Shown: piece after piece, positions 12,704-24,796 of the stretch
Numbering within the stretch: the first letter of the stretch is position 1
Layout: every line of letters starts with the position of its first letter
Assembly: GCF_018350175.1 (NCBI RefSeq)
Contig: NC_058368.1
Span: 30,878,001 to 30,942,000, forward strand
Reading direction: 5' to 3'
DNA length: 64,000 bases
From: Felis catus
Lineage: Eukaryota
Program-made: the position numbers and the translations under genes
The notes under the pieces: model-generated
Seen by the model: the letters and a program-made list of their open reading frames with translations, nothing else
Databases searched by the model: none
What the model was told of the DNA's origin: nothing

Positions 12704-13970
12704 ATGTTATTGGTAACTTGAAGTAGGGCACTGTTGTAATTTAAAAATGTAAAAATACTAACCTGTATTGCATTAGCTTAGTGGTCATGCAAGGGTGGTC
12801 ATGGGTGGTGAATATATATAGCCGGCTGGAAATCTGATGATTCATATCATGCTGTGGCAAAGTATTTGGTGAAAGTGTGCCTATGACAACTTGGAAGGTG
12901 GTGTAACTATTCTTCAAGACTGTAGTTCTATGCAAGGAGGTTGGAAAAACCCAGGAGATTATTGTGTATCAACAACTTGTAACCTTTGGCAGGATCTTGT
13001 AGAAAAAGTTAGGATCAGGCAGTAATTGTTGGTTTTCAGAGATTCAAGAGAATGCAACTTTCTTGAGACTAAAAGTCTCAAGTCACTGGAAAAGCCATTG
13101 ACTAATGGACCCCCAAATTCAGAAAATAAAAGTGAAAAAGTGCTTGAACAAGCAAAAGTATCTGAAGAACTCTCAGTTAAAAAAAAAGACTCTGTTTTGT
13201 AGTAAGCATAAGAATAGGTAATCACAAAGGTGTTTCGTTTCTTTCACATCCAAACTTCACACAACCACAAGGTAACCATGGTTGAACAAATTGAGAGAGA
13301 ATGAGAGAGAGTGAAACAATAATGGATCATGGAGTAGAATCTGAATTTAATGAAAGAATCGCTCTCCCTCCCCCCCCCCCCCAACCGTTGCCAGGAAGGG
13401 GTTTATCACAGTCCCTACCCAGTAGAAGTCAATGTATGCTAAGTTTACTAACTGCTATTTTTTTCTGACTTTCTTTTTAAGAATAGGAGTATTTACTACT
13501 TTTATTTTACTCCTTCTTCCCCCTCTATGATGTGTACATAGTGTGTAGGGGAAAGCAAAGAGCTTGTTTTTATTTTATAAGTTATTAGACCACAAGGACA
13601 CATGACCAGACCTGATGGAAGAGACAGTGAGTCACCCAGAGACTGTAAAGTTTATATGGATGTAGGCACTGAAAGGGACATTGGCTCTTCTCTCCTGAGA
13701 AGAGACTGACTAGCTGTGCTCTTTTTTCTTTTCTAAAAATTTATTTATTTATTTATTTTGAGAGAGAGAGAGCATGAGGACAAGCAGGGGAGGGGCAGAG
13801 AGAGAGGGAGAGAGAGAGAATCGTGGGGCTCGAACTCACAAACTGTAAGATCATGACCTGGGCCAAAACCAAGAGTTGGATGCCTAACTGACTCAGCCAC
13901 CCAGGTGCTACTAACTATGCTCTTTTTATAGAAAGAAAGGTAAAGGTAGATACCGGGCAGCTGGAGGGGC
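12704..13970 (+). mobile_element. MaLR internal region (MLT1-int), degraded
   Basis: ttggtaacttgaagtagggcactgttgtaa start, catgctgtggcaaagtatttggtgaaagtgtgcctatgacaacttggaagg, and purine-rich end before the next LTR. Confidence 0.65.
13722..13911 (-). mobile_element. Can-SINE with ~35-bp internal deletion, inserted in MLT1-int
   Basis: gagaatc joined directly to gtggggctcgaactc; TSD actagctgtgctctttt / actaactatgctctttt. Confidence 0.95.
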
Positions 13971-13974
13971 TGCC

Positions 13975-14378
13975 CTTGGCAAAGATCGCCCGTTATCTAC
14001 CAACAGCATGCCCCTCTTTGTTCAAGAGTGGGCGGTTATTCTGAGATCCCTTGCAAGTGGATGTGGAAGATACAACACTTCACAATGGAATGAGAGCAGC
14101 CTGATCATAAAGTATCCTTCCAATGAAGGAGCTCCCTCGTACCTTTTATCTTCTACCCCGCTGAGTTGTAGATACCTGAATTTCCTTGTAAACTGAGTTG
14201 AACACAACTGCTGCTGTGACTGTGGTTCCTGAATAGTTGTATGGAGGAGAGCTGTTCTGTTTATCAGAACACCCGCTCTAGACTGTATATGAGTAGGAGA
14301 TAAATTTGCTGGGTTAAAATACTGCAATATTTAGATTATTTGTCGCTGTAGACAAACAAGCATTATTATAATGACTTT
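13975..14378 (+). mobile_element. MaLR 3' LTR
   Basis: tggcaaagatcgcc...cccttgcaagtggatgtgg...atgagtaggagataaatttgctgggttaaaatactgcaatatttagattatttgtcgctgtag. Confidence 0.6.
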
Positions 14379-15971
14379 CCTAACAAATTATTATGACTTC
14401 TTTTTCTTAGTCAATGAATGAGGACTTTACATGCAATTAGATGGCTGTTTTTTTTAATTTCCAAGCCATTTTACTCACATTTTCTTACTTAATCCTCATT
14501 AATCTCTCTTTAACCCTGAAAGAGAGATCTCTGTTGTATGGCGAATACACTAAAGCTAAAATAAGTTTTATCGCAGATCTAGAAAATGGCAGATCTAAAA
14601 GTGAAATCAGAACTCTTTGAATCCCAACCCCCCGACGCATTAAGTATTGCTCTGAACATAGCTGCAGTTGATTCTACAAAACAAAATTTCAAATTGAATG
14701 GGAAGGAAATTCTATTTTCTTTTCTCTCAAAAGTATCAGCTTCTTCTACAGTTTTTTTTTCCTTCTCTAATGTGTTGTTTAGTCATACTAACCCTACTTT
14801 CCAAAATTATCGCATGGTATTTAGATGATTTAAAAATTTTAACTCCTTAAGCAGAGTAGTATTTATCTTTCTATCCCCCCACCTGACATGTTCCTCAGAG
14901 TAGACCTTACAATCTGTACGCAATGCTACCTTTACGTAGTAGCCTGAGAGTTGGTCAATTCATCACAAAGAAAAGGTGACAAAAGCAGAACCAATGCAGT
15001 GCCTGCATTTTTCTTCTGTGGATATTTAAGTGGTACCAGGCAATATGTGCGACGCAGATGTACTTTGTATGTGGCAGGTATCTGTTAGTCAAAAGACTGT
15101 GTCTACTCATGTGCTCTCCTAGTGTGCTGTTCAGCACAGGTTGCGATTATACTTCATTGAAATTTCACCCTCTGGATTTGTCTTTTCAGAAATAGCTACA
15201 TTTTAACTCCCAAGGCTCCATTTTAATTAAAGCCAACCTTCCTTTTTCCCAGTATTTCTCTGCTCTTCCTCTTGTACTTCACCATTATATGAAATGCATT
15301 TAATATCATTCTGTGCTTTGTGTACCCAGTTTGAGTTTTTTTGAGCGATTTTAAAAATAAAATTTATAACTGGCCATTTTCAAGCCTTCCGTGAATAGGC
15401 GGGAGGTTTCCTGAGATACACATAACTGCCACTAACGGCTAAAAATGGATGAACTAAAATTAGACTTAGTTTGATTTAGGGTTCAACGGTGTTTGATATA
15501 TAAAATAGAACAATACTATCCAGGTGAACTCTTCCTATGTCCTAGGCAGTCATATAATGTATTTTAGGAAGTACATATACTAAATTTTAAAAGCACGTAG
15601 CAACTTCATTCTATAAATACTTGGTGAGCATTCTTTCAAAGAATAATAGTATTCTAAAAATATTTAATTACATAGAAATGTGACTACTTTTGTTTTTCCT
15701 AATAAACTAATAGTTGTTGGGTTTCTACCATATGCAAATCACAGTATTCCATACAACAATTTATTTATACACAATAAACATAAGACAGTTAGTTAAGCTG
15801 CTTCTGATTCCATCTGACAAAAAAAGCTCAGCCCAAACTGGTTAACACCACAGAGGGAATTTATACGGCTGAAAAATCCAGAGGTTGACTGAGTCAATAA
15901 GAACCCTCACCTTGTTCTCATAAGCTTCTCTAGACTCTGCTTTTGAGTGGATTTTAACTTATCTCTGGCTT

Positions 15972-16173
15972 TCTTGTTTGTCTTTTTTAAGTTTATTTAC
16001 TTATTTTGAGAGAGAGAGAAAGAGAGAGAGGCAGGGAGAGAGAGAATCCTAAGCAGGCTCCACTCTGTCAGCACTGAGCCCAACAAGGGGCTCAAACTCA
16101 GAAACTGTGAGATCATGACCTGAGTTGAAACCTAGAGTCATATGCTTAGTGGACTGAGCCACCCAGGTGCCCC
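15972..16173 (-). mobile_element. Can-SINE
   Basis: aagtttatttacttattttgagagag...gagatcatgacctgag...gccacccaggtgcccc; flanking ctctggcttt repeats. Confidence 0.95.
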
Positions 16174-16297
16174 ACTTTGCTCTGGCTTTGAAAGATGGTT
16201 TCAGGCAGCAGCTAGATCTCTAACTTCCTTAGCCACGTGAGGCAAGAGAGGCAATGGTTCTCTGTACACCATCATACAATGTCAGGCTTCATATTGA

Positions 16298-16345
16298 TCT
16301 CCCTCTCTCTCTGTCTCTCTCTGTCTTTCTCTCTCTGTCTCTCTG

Positions 16346-16388
<43 letters not shown>
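16298..16388. repeat. Compound (CT)n(CA)n microsatellite
   Basis: Directly visible. Confidence 0.95.
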
Positions 16389-16969
16389 AGTGGCCTGGGA
16401 TACCACGCATTTCCATACATTTATTGGCTTAGATTTTATGGACTAGTCACTATGGCAAGATCCCATGGATGGGACTAAGAGAGGCTCAAGCCAGTCCACG
16501 TTGTGTGGCTGCTAAACATGGGAGAGAAGCTTACGCAAGGAAGTGCCAGCTGTGTAAGGTACTATTACTTTTATCATGTTATGGGTGGGGATCTGAAGGC
16601 CAGCAAATTCAAAGGATTTCCTTAGGCAACACATTTCTGAGCTGGTGCATGAGACGAAGACTGACTCCAGAGACCACACTAGCAATCAGAGCGCTCTTTA
16701 TTTTCATTTTCTCTTACTTGATGCATTAATTAGGAAGGAGAAAGAACAGAATCAGTGTAATGCTGTCTTCCTAATGTCACACCTTACTTCCTCTGTCTTT
16801 TGTGTTGCAGTGAGGTGGAAAGTGAATCCGTGTAAATGTTAAATGAGTAAAGGGTAAATACCTAATCATGAATATTGGGATTCCATTTAATTTTATAAGT
16901 CATTCTGAGTTCTCAGTACAATGGTATTTTCTGGTGTCTTGGTGGTTAAGCAATTGATAACAACCATTG

Positions 16970-17700
16970 AAATAATAATAGGAAATAATTTTATAGAATT
17001 TAGTGTTTGCCAGGCACTGTCCTATGTGCTTTACACTTACTGGGTCACTTAATTCTCATCACTGTACTGTGAAATAGTGTATTAGTTATGGTAAAAGGAT
17101 AGGTTGAACTTCTAGAAGAAAGAGAAAAAAAATGACAGTGCCTAAAGAAGTTAGAAGTTGTTTTCTTCTCTCCTTTTCAATTGTTCATGGTGGAGATAGG
17201 GACTCTTTTGAGTTATTATCCAGAAGATCCAGTCTAGTGTAATGGCTCTGTCATCCTCGTTAAGCAGTTTCCAGTGTGGTCCAGTGCAGTTGCTATAGTT
17301 ATTGCCAATTACTAAACAGCGATGGGGGAAAACAGAAAAACTCAGCAAGCTACTTGTCCTTAAGGGGAGATGTGGAAATAACATCCATTATTTCTCATAC
17401 ATTGTCGACCAGAGTTCAGACGCAGGGCCATACCTGGTTGCCAGGGAGCCCAAGAGTTTTAATTCTGCAGGCTGTTGCTTGACCAGTTGGAATTCACAGG
17501 ATCTTGCTACTGAAAGAGAGGGAAAATGGATATTATGAAACAGAAGATTTTGCCTCGGTAGGTGGTGGTGTTCCATATTGCAGATGAAAAAACTGATGTA
17601 CCAGTCCCACACTTAGGAATGGTGGAGCCGGGATTTATTCGAGACGGAAGGCTCTGGCTTCAGAGACTGCGGTCTTAATCACCATGCAATGTTACCTACA
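16970..17700 (-). mobile_element. MIR split by an MLT1-type LTR (~17078-17560)
   Basis: MIR: gtgtttgccaggcactgtcctatgtgctttacac...aattctcatcac, resuming ccatattgcagatgaaaaaactga...ggtggagccgggattt; LTR: tgtattagtt...ccagagttcagacgcagggccatacctggttgccagggag. Confidence 0.6.
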
Positions 17701-17719
17701 TTAAAATGTTTCATATAGA

Positions 17720-17944
17720 GGGGCGCCTGGGTGGCTCGGTCGGTTAAGCATCCGACTTCGGCTCAGGTCATGATCTCACGGTCCGTGAGTTCGAGCCCCG
17801 CATCGGGCTCTGTGCTGACAGCTCAGAGCCTGGAGCCTGTTTCAGATTCTGTGTCTCCCTCTCTCTCTGCCCCTCCCCTGTTCATGCTCTGTCTCTCTCT
17901 GTCTCAAAAATAAATAAACGTTAAAAAAAATTAAAAAAAATAAA
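17720..17944 (+). mobile_element. Young felid Can-SINE (SINEC_Fc-like)
   Basis: Near-consensus with CpGs retained; perfect TSD taaaatgtttcatatagag at 17702-17720 and 17945-17963. Confidence 0.98.
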
Positions 17945-18091
17945 TAAAATGTTTCATATAGAGAGATTAAGAGACAACAGTTTTTTTCTAAAAATCTTTC
18001 TCTCACAGGTACCAAGTGACCCAGTTTCATGACAGAAGCTTTTTATTTTCCAAGAGTTTTAGGAAATCATTGGTACTTCTTTATTCCTTGG

Positions 18092-18095
<4 letters not shown>

Positions 18096-18142
<47 letters not shown>
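18096..18142. repeat. (GT)n microsatellite
   Basis: Directly visible. Confidence 0.98.
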
Positions 18143-18143
<1 letters not shown>

Positions 18144-18909
18144 TAGCTTAGATGTTCTTATTCTAAGTTACTCTATAGTAACGAAAAGAAAAACCTTAAA
18201 CTTAAATTATGTTAGCCTTCCAACCCATTTGATTTATTTTTGAAACTGCATGGTTGCAAGTTGAAGTTTACTAAATGTATCATAGACATAAAAGAATAAG
18301 TAAGCTAGAGTTCTTCCTTATAATGTGTTTGCTTATTGTTGAACTTTTACATTTCCTCATAGCCTGCTGAACCTGTTTCCATTCTTTTACTTCCATTATT
18401 GCTGCACTGTTAGTGACCAAGAAAGCATTGTCTGCCTAAAAACTGTAGTCACAATAATTGCCTGCATGATGCTTGATGATGAGGTCGCTATGTATTTCTG
18501 TCACTTAGCACAATATGAGAAGTGTTGAACTGATCACAACTAATATCTATGACATTAAACTATAGCTGTTGGCTGCATGTTCAAGATAAATATTTGAACA
18601 TCAAGACCAATGCATTTCCCAAGTATAATTTATCATAAAGGTTAGCTTGTTGAATAAATTATGAGTACTGGTCCTGAAAACTCACTTCTTACAGTGATGC
18701 CATGTGTCATGCTCTAAGGTTATAGGATTCCCTAGTGCACTGATATGACACATGAGATAATGTAGGGCATTGTTAGGTCTCCATCTAATTTCTGCTGGTT
18801 ATCTCTCTTCATGGTTTGGTAGTGGCTTAGTGGCTCTTGAATGTGGTGTAAAATAAGTAAATCAGCTTTCACATGACATAACTCCCACACTGAAGCCACT
18901 TGCAAAAAG

Positions 18910-19400
18910 TCATTTATTCATCATTCACTCATTTTGCACATCTTTGCATTTTATTATTTAGTATGCCTCTAGTATGAAATATGAAAAAATAAGGCACATT
19001 CGTTGTTCTAGAAGAATTAAAATATATTTTTGAACACAGGACATACATACTTTAAGAATTAAATAAATGTAAAAGAGAGATATAATTTGCTGATTAATTA
19101 AAACTACATTTAATTATTTCCATAGGAGATCAACAATTAAAGAAACCACTCTTGGTTGGCATCCTTAGAGAATGACTCCAGGAGGTAGTGGGAATATATT
19201 TGAGGTGGGGTCAAAAGCTGTTGGAGAGAGAAAGGAAATGGGAGAGGAGGTTCGTAGGCATGAACAGGAGAATCTGTGCATAATATTACAAGAGTAGGAA
19301 AGAGTAGGTTTGGGTGGGGAATGAGTGAATAAGGAAGCAGACTGGAATGGAGGCTCCTGTTATGAGGGAGAAGACATGGTTTTCCAGGTGATTTGCAACA
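18910..19400 (-). mobile_element. L2 LINE fragment
   Basis: tcatttattcatcattcactcatt tail complement followed by purine-rich L2-like body. Confidence 0.5.
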
Positions 19401-19650
19401 CACACTTCAAAAGCCTGAGTAATTTATATATTTTGCTTCCATTGGCTCCCCATAAACCTTTACATAAATTGTGATTATTTATTTATATCCTATATAATAT
19501 ATTCTACATAAATATATATCTAATATATATTTACATAAAATTCTAACATTTGTTGTGCTGTGAATTTGTTCTTAAAAGTTTCTACTTAATCTGGAAATGT
19601 TAAATCTAATTGGGTTGCTTTTTATTTTCAATTTTCTATATTTTTCATTT

Positions 19651-19990
19651 CGCCTTGAGTTCTATACTGCCATGGGCTATGATAGTGTTACATTTTATAA
19701 GCTAAGTGTTGTTAAGTACGAGCAGTATTTGGATGAGTATCCTCCAAGAAAAACTTGCGTCTTATTGGACATTTGAAAGCTGTTATTACTCACAAGTAAA
19801 TGTGAGCCTTCATCAGAAGGTTCATCATATTTTTTTTTACCTAAAAATGTGTTGAATCTATTGTACACCATCCAAATTTCAATGCAGCTAAACAGACAGT
19901 CATAATCAAAACCAATTTCAAGTCAAAACCCAGGTAGTTGCCTATCTTCAGTGATAATATAGTAACTAGATTGTCTTTGTTGTTTATGAA
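19651..19990 (+). mobile_element. Probable AmnSINE1 (5S rRNA-derived Deu-SINE) relic
   Basis: 5S-like head ctatactgccatgggct...aagctaag...cagtatttggatgagtatcctccaagaaaaac; later gtgttgaatc...ccaaatttcaa and cccaggtagttgcctatcttcagtg colinear with recalled AmnSINE1 body and tail. Confidence 0.6.
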
Positions 19991-20074
19991 TCAGTTTGAA
20001 AGTTACATATCACTAATGGTGCCCACCATATTGAGTGCTTCTTGGGTAAGTGCATTTTGGTTGGTCATTTCATA

Positions 20075-20205
20075 TTGCACCTGACTAGATTACAAAATCC
20101 TTGAAAATAAGAACAATATTCTATTCATCTCTTATCTCTATCATCTAATATATTGTAAAACACATCATAAGTGCATAATATATGGAGTTAAATTTAATTG
20201 AATCA
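20075..20205 (+). mobile_element. L2 3' terminal fragment
   Basis: gactagattacaaaatccttgaaaataagaacaatattctattcatctctt...cataagtgcataata. Confidence 0.55.
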
Positions 20206-21019
20206 AATTTAATTGCAGAAGTGACCATAACCACATGATTTAATCACCATATCCAAATTTTGCACTTTTATATTATAAATTAATTTCATATTCAAGATCT
20301 CAGATGTTAGTATACTGGCTTATTTGTAAAATGGAATAAAAATTCTAATGAAGAAATTATTTAAAAGAACATACAAATGAAATAAAATATACAATAGAAA
20401 TATTTTTTTGATATGAGATTCTTATCTTCCATAAAAATCATGGGGAATGAAAAGTAAATTATTCATATTATTTTCCTTTTATAAACAAACACCAGATGAT
20501 ATAACAGAGAGTACTTTAAATGTGTGTTCTTTTTACATTATAAATTGTAAAAATATCCATGTAAAAATATGCATATGATAGAATCTTCAACTGGTGCTTG
20601 AGGACTTTTAATGTCAAAGTCACTAAGAGGATGGGGTACTGGATTTCATTTCAGCATAAACAGATTACTTATCTGTATAATCAGTGTATATAATCTATAT
20701 AAGACTCTAGTCAAAAGAACGTCATGTCTTGTGGTGGTTTGGAAATATGAAGAAACACCACTAAGAGTAATGAAACTGAAATTTTGAATTGCACTATCAC
20801 ATTTGAGTAAGACAGGAAGAATTATAGTGTAAGAACATTTTTATAATTGATGGAAGATGATACATTTTAAGATTTGATGACCTCTTTAGCCATGGCTTAT
20901 GATAGACCAAGATTTAACGTTAATTAAAATACTCTAAAGAGGATCCTTTAACACATATATAGGAGGAGGTGGGCATTTACTGCCCCACAGAAAAGATTTT
21001 GTTTTGTTGTTGATTTATT

Positions 21020-21505
21020 TGTTGGACACTATAACCATCATGTTCCTAATCATAGTTTTGCCCATTATTTTTAGTATATTTTGATGCTATTCCCTGCAAC
21101 TTTATTATCATGATGTTTACCAAATGGTGATTCTCTATTTCCATCCATTTCTTCTACATTAATTGGAATTATATTGTAGGGAAGAGTTTTCTCTTTTCCT
21201 CCATTAATGAAGCTAGTTAAATAATTACATATTTACATCAGCACATAATCATAAATATGTAGATTTTTCTTGAAATACAATTCGCATATGATAAAATTTT
21301 TACTTTTAAAGTGTATAATTAAGCAGTTTTAAGTATATTCATGAGGTCATGCAACCATCACCACTGCCGAATTACATAACAATTCCATCCTGCCCAAAGC
21401 AAGCTCCTTGTCCGTTAGCAAAAACTCCCCATTCTCCCATGCCACCTCCTCCTGGCATCCACTAATTTATTTTAAGTACCTATGGATTTGCCTATACTGA
21501 ACTTC
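21020..21505 (-). mobile_element. Old L1 3' fragments (L1ME-like ~21020-21260; L1MB-like 3' end ~21265-21505)
   Basis: ccaaatggtgattctctatttcc; ttttaaagtgtataattaagcagttttaagtatattcatgaggtcatgcaaccatcaccac...cctatggatttgcctatactga. Confidence 0.75.
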
Positions 21506-21999
21506 ACCTTGGTACTCCTGCTCTTTCCATGACAACATACACAAAAACGTATGCACATACACCCCCACACACGTGCACACCAGTTTTCCTTGAAGAATTT
21601 TTTTTCTGTTCCTCTGTTGCAAATAATACTGTTGCCATCTGTATGATCTTAAGAATCAAAATTTTTCTCAAACCCAACTTCCTCCTTGAAGCTTTCCCTC
21701 TGACCATCTGAAATGTGGTTTTATCTTCCAATAGTAAATATTCTCACCCTTGTGAAGATCAACAATGATATGGTAACAGATAAAGTCTCAGATAGCAATA
21801 TAATAACATTTCTATAGGATGGACGTATCTATAGGATTTTTGCATATAATTCTGTCTGTGGTCCTTTGATTTTTCTGACAAGTAATAGTAAAAATAGATT
21901 ACTGTGGGACATTTCACATAAGGAGAACAACGTGACAAATTCTCCATTTCAATATGGGGATGATTTGTTTCCTATTCATGATGTTTTTCATTCTTTTCA

Positions 22000-22199
22000 T
22001 TTTTTTAAGTTTATCTGTTTTTATTTTATTTTTTTTTACCTGTTTATTTTTGAGAGAGAGGGAGCCAGGAGAAAGCAGGAGAGGAACGGGGGCAGCAGAG
22101 AATCCCAAGCGGGCTCTGCACCATCAGCACAGAGCCTGATGTGGGCCTCGAATTCACGAACCATGCGATCATGACCTAAGCTGAAACCAAGAGTCAGAC
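22000..22199 (-). mobile_element. Can-SINE lacking its 5' head (left half of a head-to-head fusion)
   Basis: T-rich tail, gagaatcccaagcgggctctgc...gatcatgacctaagctgaaaccaagagtcaga. Confidence 0.95.
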
Positions 22200-22288
22200 T
22201 TCAGCTCAAGTCATGATCTTGTGGTCCATGAGTTTGAGCCTTACACTGGGCTCTGTGCTGACAGCTCAAAGCCTGGAACCTGCTTCAG

Positions 22289-22330
<42 letters not shown>

Positions 22331-22394
22331 CCCCCTCATGCTCTGTTTCTCAAAAACAAATAAATGTTAAAAATTTTTTTAATTAAAAAAATAA
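22193..22394 (+). mobile_element. Can-SINE lacking its 5' head (right half of the fusion)
   Basis: gacttcagctcaagtcatgatc...ctctgtgctgacagctcaaagcctgg...(CT)n...A tail. Confidence 0.95.
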
Positions 22395-23692
22395 AGTGTA
22401 GCTATTATTATTTGTAAATGAGCTAGCTGCAGCCACCTGTATTTGAAATTCAGTTCCCTTGTTCACTAAAATATGTGCTATCATAGTGTATTTGAAATCA
22501 CATTTCTAGAATTAGAAAATTCAGTCCCATAAGAGTGAATATTATTTTTAAAAAGAAAGAGTAGAGATAGCAAAACCATCAATTTAAAAATATTACTCTA
22601 CATTTTGAACATTGGAATAATGCAGAGATTCAGTTGTAAGCTTTTGAAGTATCCAGTAACCCTAGGAAGCTCTTTAATTACCTGTTACCTTAAAATATTT
22701 TATAATTTCTAACTAGTAACAAAGTTTTATCTTTTCCAATTATTTTCAGCTGCAGAACAAATTCACAACTAGTGTTTTGCAATACTGAGCCAGATGTTTA
22801 AAAATCTTTTGTTTTTGAAATATTTACCCAGTTAACAATTATAAAAAGCATCCAGACAGAATGCACTAACATTAAAACCTTGTTGATGAAAAAATGACTT
22901 CTATTCGCACATATAAAATGTGTGACTGTGGACAGACTTGACAGATTTTGTTACGTGTGATTCAGTCGGAAAAGTCAGAATCAACTACTTGAAGTCAAAC
23001 TTGGCATATACATTTCTCTCGTGTCCAGCATGCTGTGTACAGTTTTGAACCAACAACAGTAATTGAGAATAAGAAGTCAGTCACCCTCAGTGAGTAGCCG
23101 AGTTTGGCCCAGAGGGGCCCTCCACCATCGAGAAGGAGCAGGAAGGGTGAGTGGTCAGGCGGCAGGCCTGCTTTGTGCAGGCCTTCAAAGTGTGGGCAGA
23201 AAGCTTAAACAACCAATGGAAATGGCTGGTTCAGGGTGCCACTGCGGTTGGGAAGTTTACCATCTGCGTTCTGCAGTTTCAGTTTTTAATCTGAACAAAT
23301 GGAAAACCAGAACGAACACAAAAGCCCTTGGAGGCAGAGCATTGGCTGTAATCACATGACTTTGCATCTCCTTATCAAGCAAGAGTTTTGTTGTCCATTA
23401 ACTTGTCAGTTAAGTGGCAGCTGGCTTTTGTTCTTTGTTTTTCCTCCTTGCTTCAATATCTGTACAAAAGGCTTTACGTTCTTTCTGGTTTGAGAGGTGG
23501 TTGAATCTATAGAGGTGTTTCTCGTCTTGATTTGAACATAGCAATGCCCATTAGTGCAGTTTCCCCTGGCACCTTTAGGAGATTAGCAACACTACAAAAT
23601 ACCTTTCCAAATAGTAAGAAATGCTTGATTTTAGAATTTATTAAAGGGGATTAACGGGCTATGTCTTTGCTCTTACAGGTATAAAATAGGTC

Positions 23693-23894
23693 TTTTTTTA
23701 AAAAAATGTTTTTGTTAATTTTTGAAAGAGAGAGAGAGCAAGCGAGCACAAGTGGGGGAGGGGCAGAGAGTGAGGGAGACACAGAATTTGAGCTATCAGC
23801 ACAGAGCCTGATGCTGTGCTCAGACTCATGATCCCTAAGATCATGACCTGAACTGATGTCTGACGCTTACCTGACTGAGCCACCAAGGCACCCC
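23693..23894 (-). mobile_element. Can-SINE
   Basis: Ends gactgagccaccaaggcacccc; TSD taaaataggt at 23682-23691 and 23895-23904. Confidence 0.95.
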
Positions 23895-24796
23895 TAAAAT
23901 AGGTGTTTAGAATGATTTTAAATAATAATAAAAGTTGTCAGTATTATTTGGATCAAGTTTTAATCGGTTACTCTTTGTGAACTTCTAGCTTGAGTAATTC
24001 AAACTCTTTGCCACTATACAAGTTAAAGAATATGATGTTAGACTTGTTACATACTTTTTCTGTGTCTTGTACTCCAAAACACAGGTTTGTAAGGTGCTAG
24101 GGAAAACAGTTCGGCTCCCTGTTAAAAAAAAAAAAAACACAAAGGAGGGAGGAGCAGGAAAAAAAAAAAAACCTGGATTAAGTTTAGACCCTTGAAACAA
24201 CCTTGAAGAGAAAGAAGAATCAAATCAAATAGCCTACAAAATTTCAGCTGCACATATCATACTTTTCCAGTGATGAATCGAAAACAATGAAATACCAGTG
24301 CTAGATTTTGTTTTCAATCTTTAATACAAATGTTTGCCACGCTGGTCTTACTTAATAATTGGATTCATTTCAGAACAAATGGTACAGGTCCATGCTAATT
24401 AATGGAAAGATTGTCTTTGAGGTTACTCTTAGGAACCTTAGGCGTATGAAGAAAACGTATAGCAGTTTTTTTATTTTAAGCAAACTCATACATTATGTAT
24501 ATTTTCCAGTCTCGTGTTTTTATGGGGTAGTAAATAACAAGACGAAAGAATAGAGTACTAATAGTCATGGACCAGTGTCTGGTGGTTTACAAAGGATGAT
24601 GGTTTTAGGCTTCCCTGATGGTTTTAGGTTTAATCCCAGAGGAAGTTTCTTAAGTCTCTAGCATTTACTACAAGAACAAAGTACCACAGTCAGTTCCCAA
24701 TGAGGCCAATATTTGAGAGATGTTGAATGATAATAATGATAGCATAGTTTTAAATATCTTTACACACTGTGCCATTTCTAAAACCATGGGAAATCA

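Larger units (their letters stand above)
15785..16520 (-). mobile_element. MaLR LTR (MLT1K/L-like), interrupted by a SINE and a microsatellite
   Basis: gttagttaagctgcttctgattccatctgacaaaaaaagctcagcccaaactggttaa...gggaatttat...gaaaaatccagagg. Confidence 0.55.

Noticed and set aside
13026..13202. Protein-looking plus-strand frame (DSRECNFLETKSLKSLEKPLTNGPPNSENK...) after a ttttcag acceptor-like site
   Set aside because: Lies within the MaLR internal region, bounded by stops, no clear in-frame donor; best explained as decayed retroelement sequence
19690..19770. Functional 5S rRNA gene
   Set aside because: Far too diverged from 5S; treated as an ancient SINE head instead
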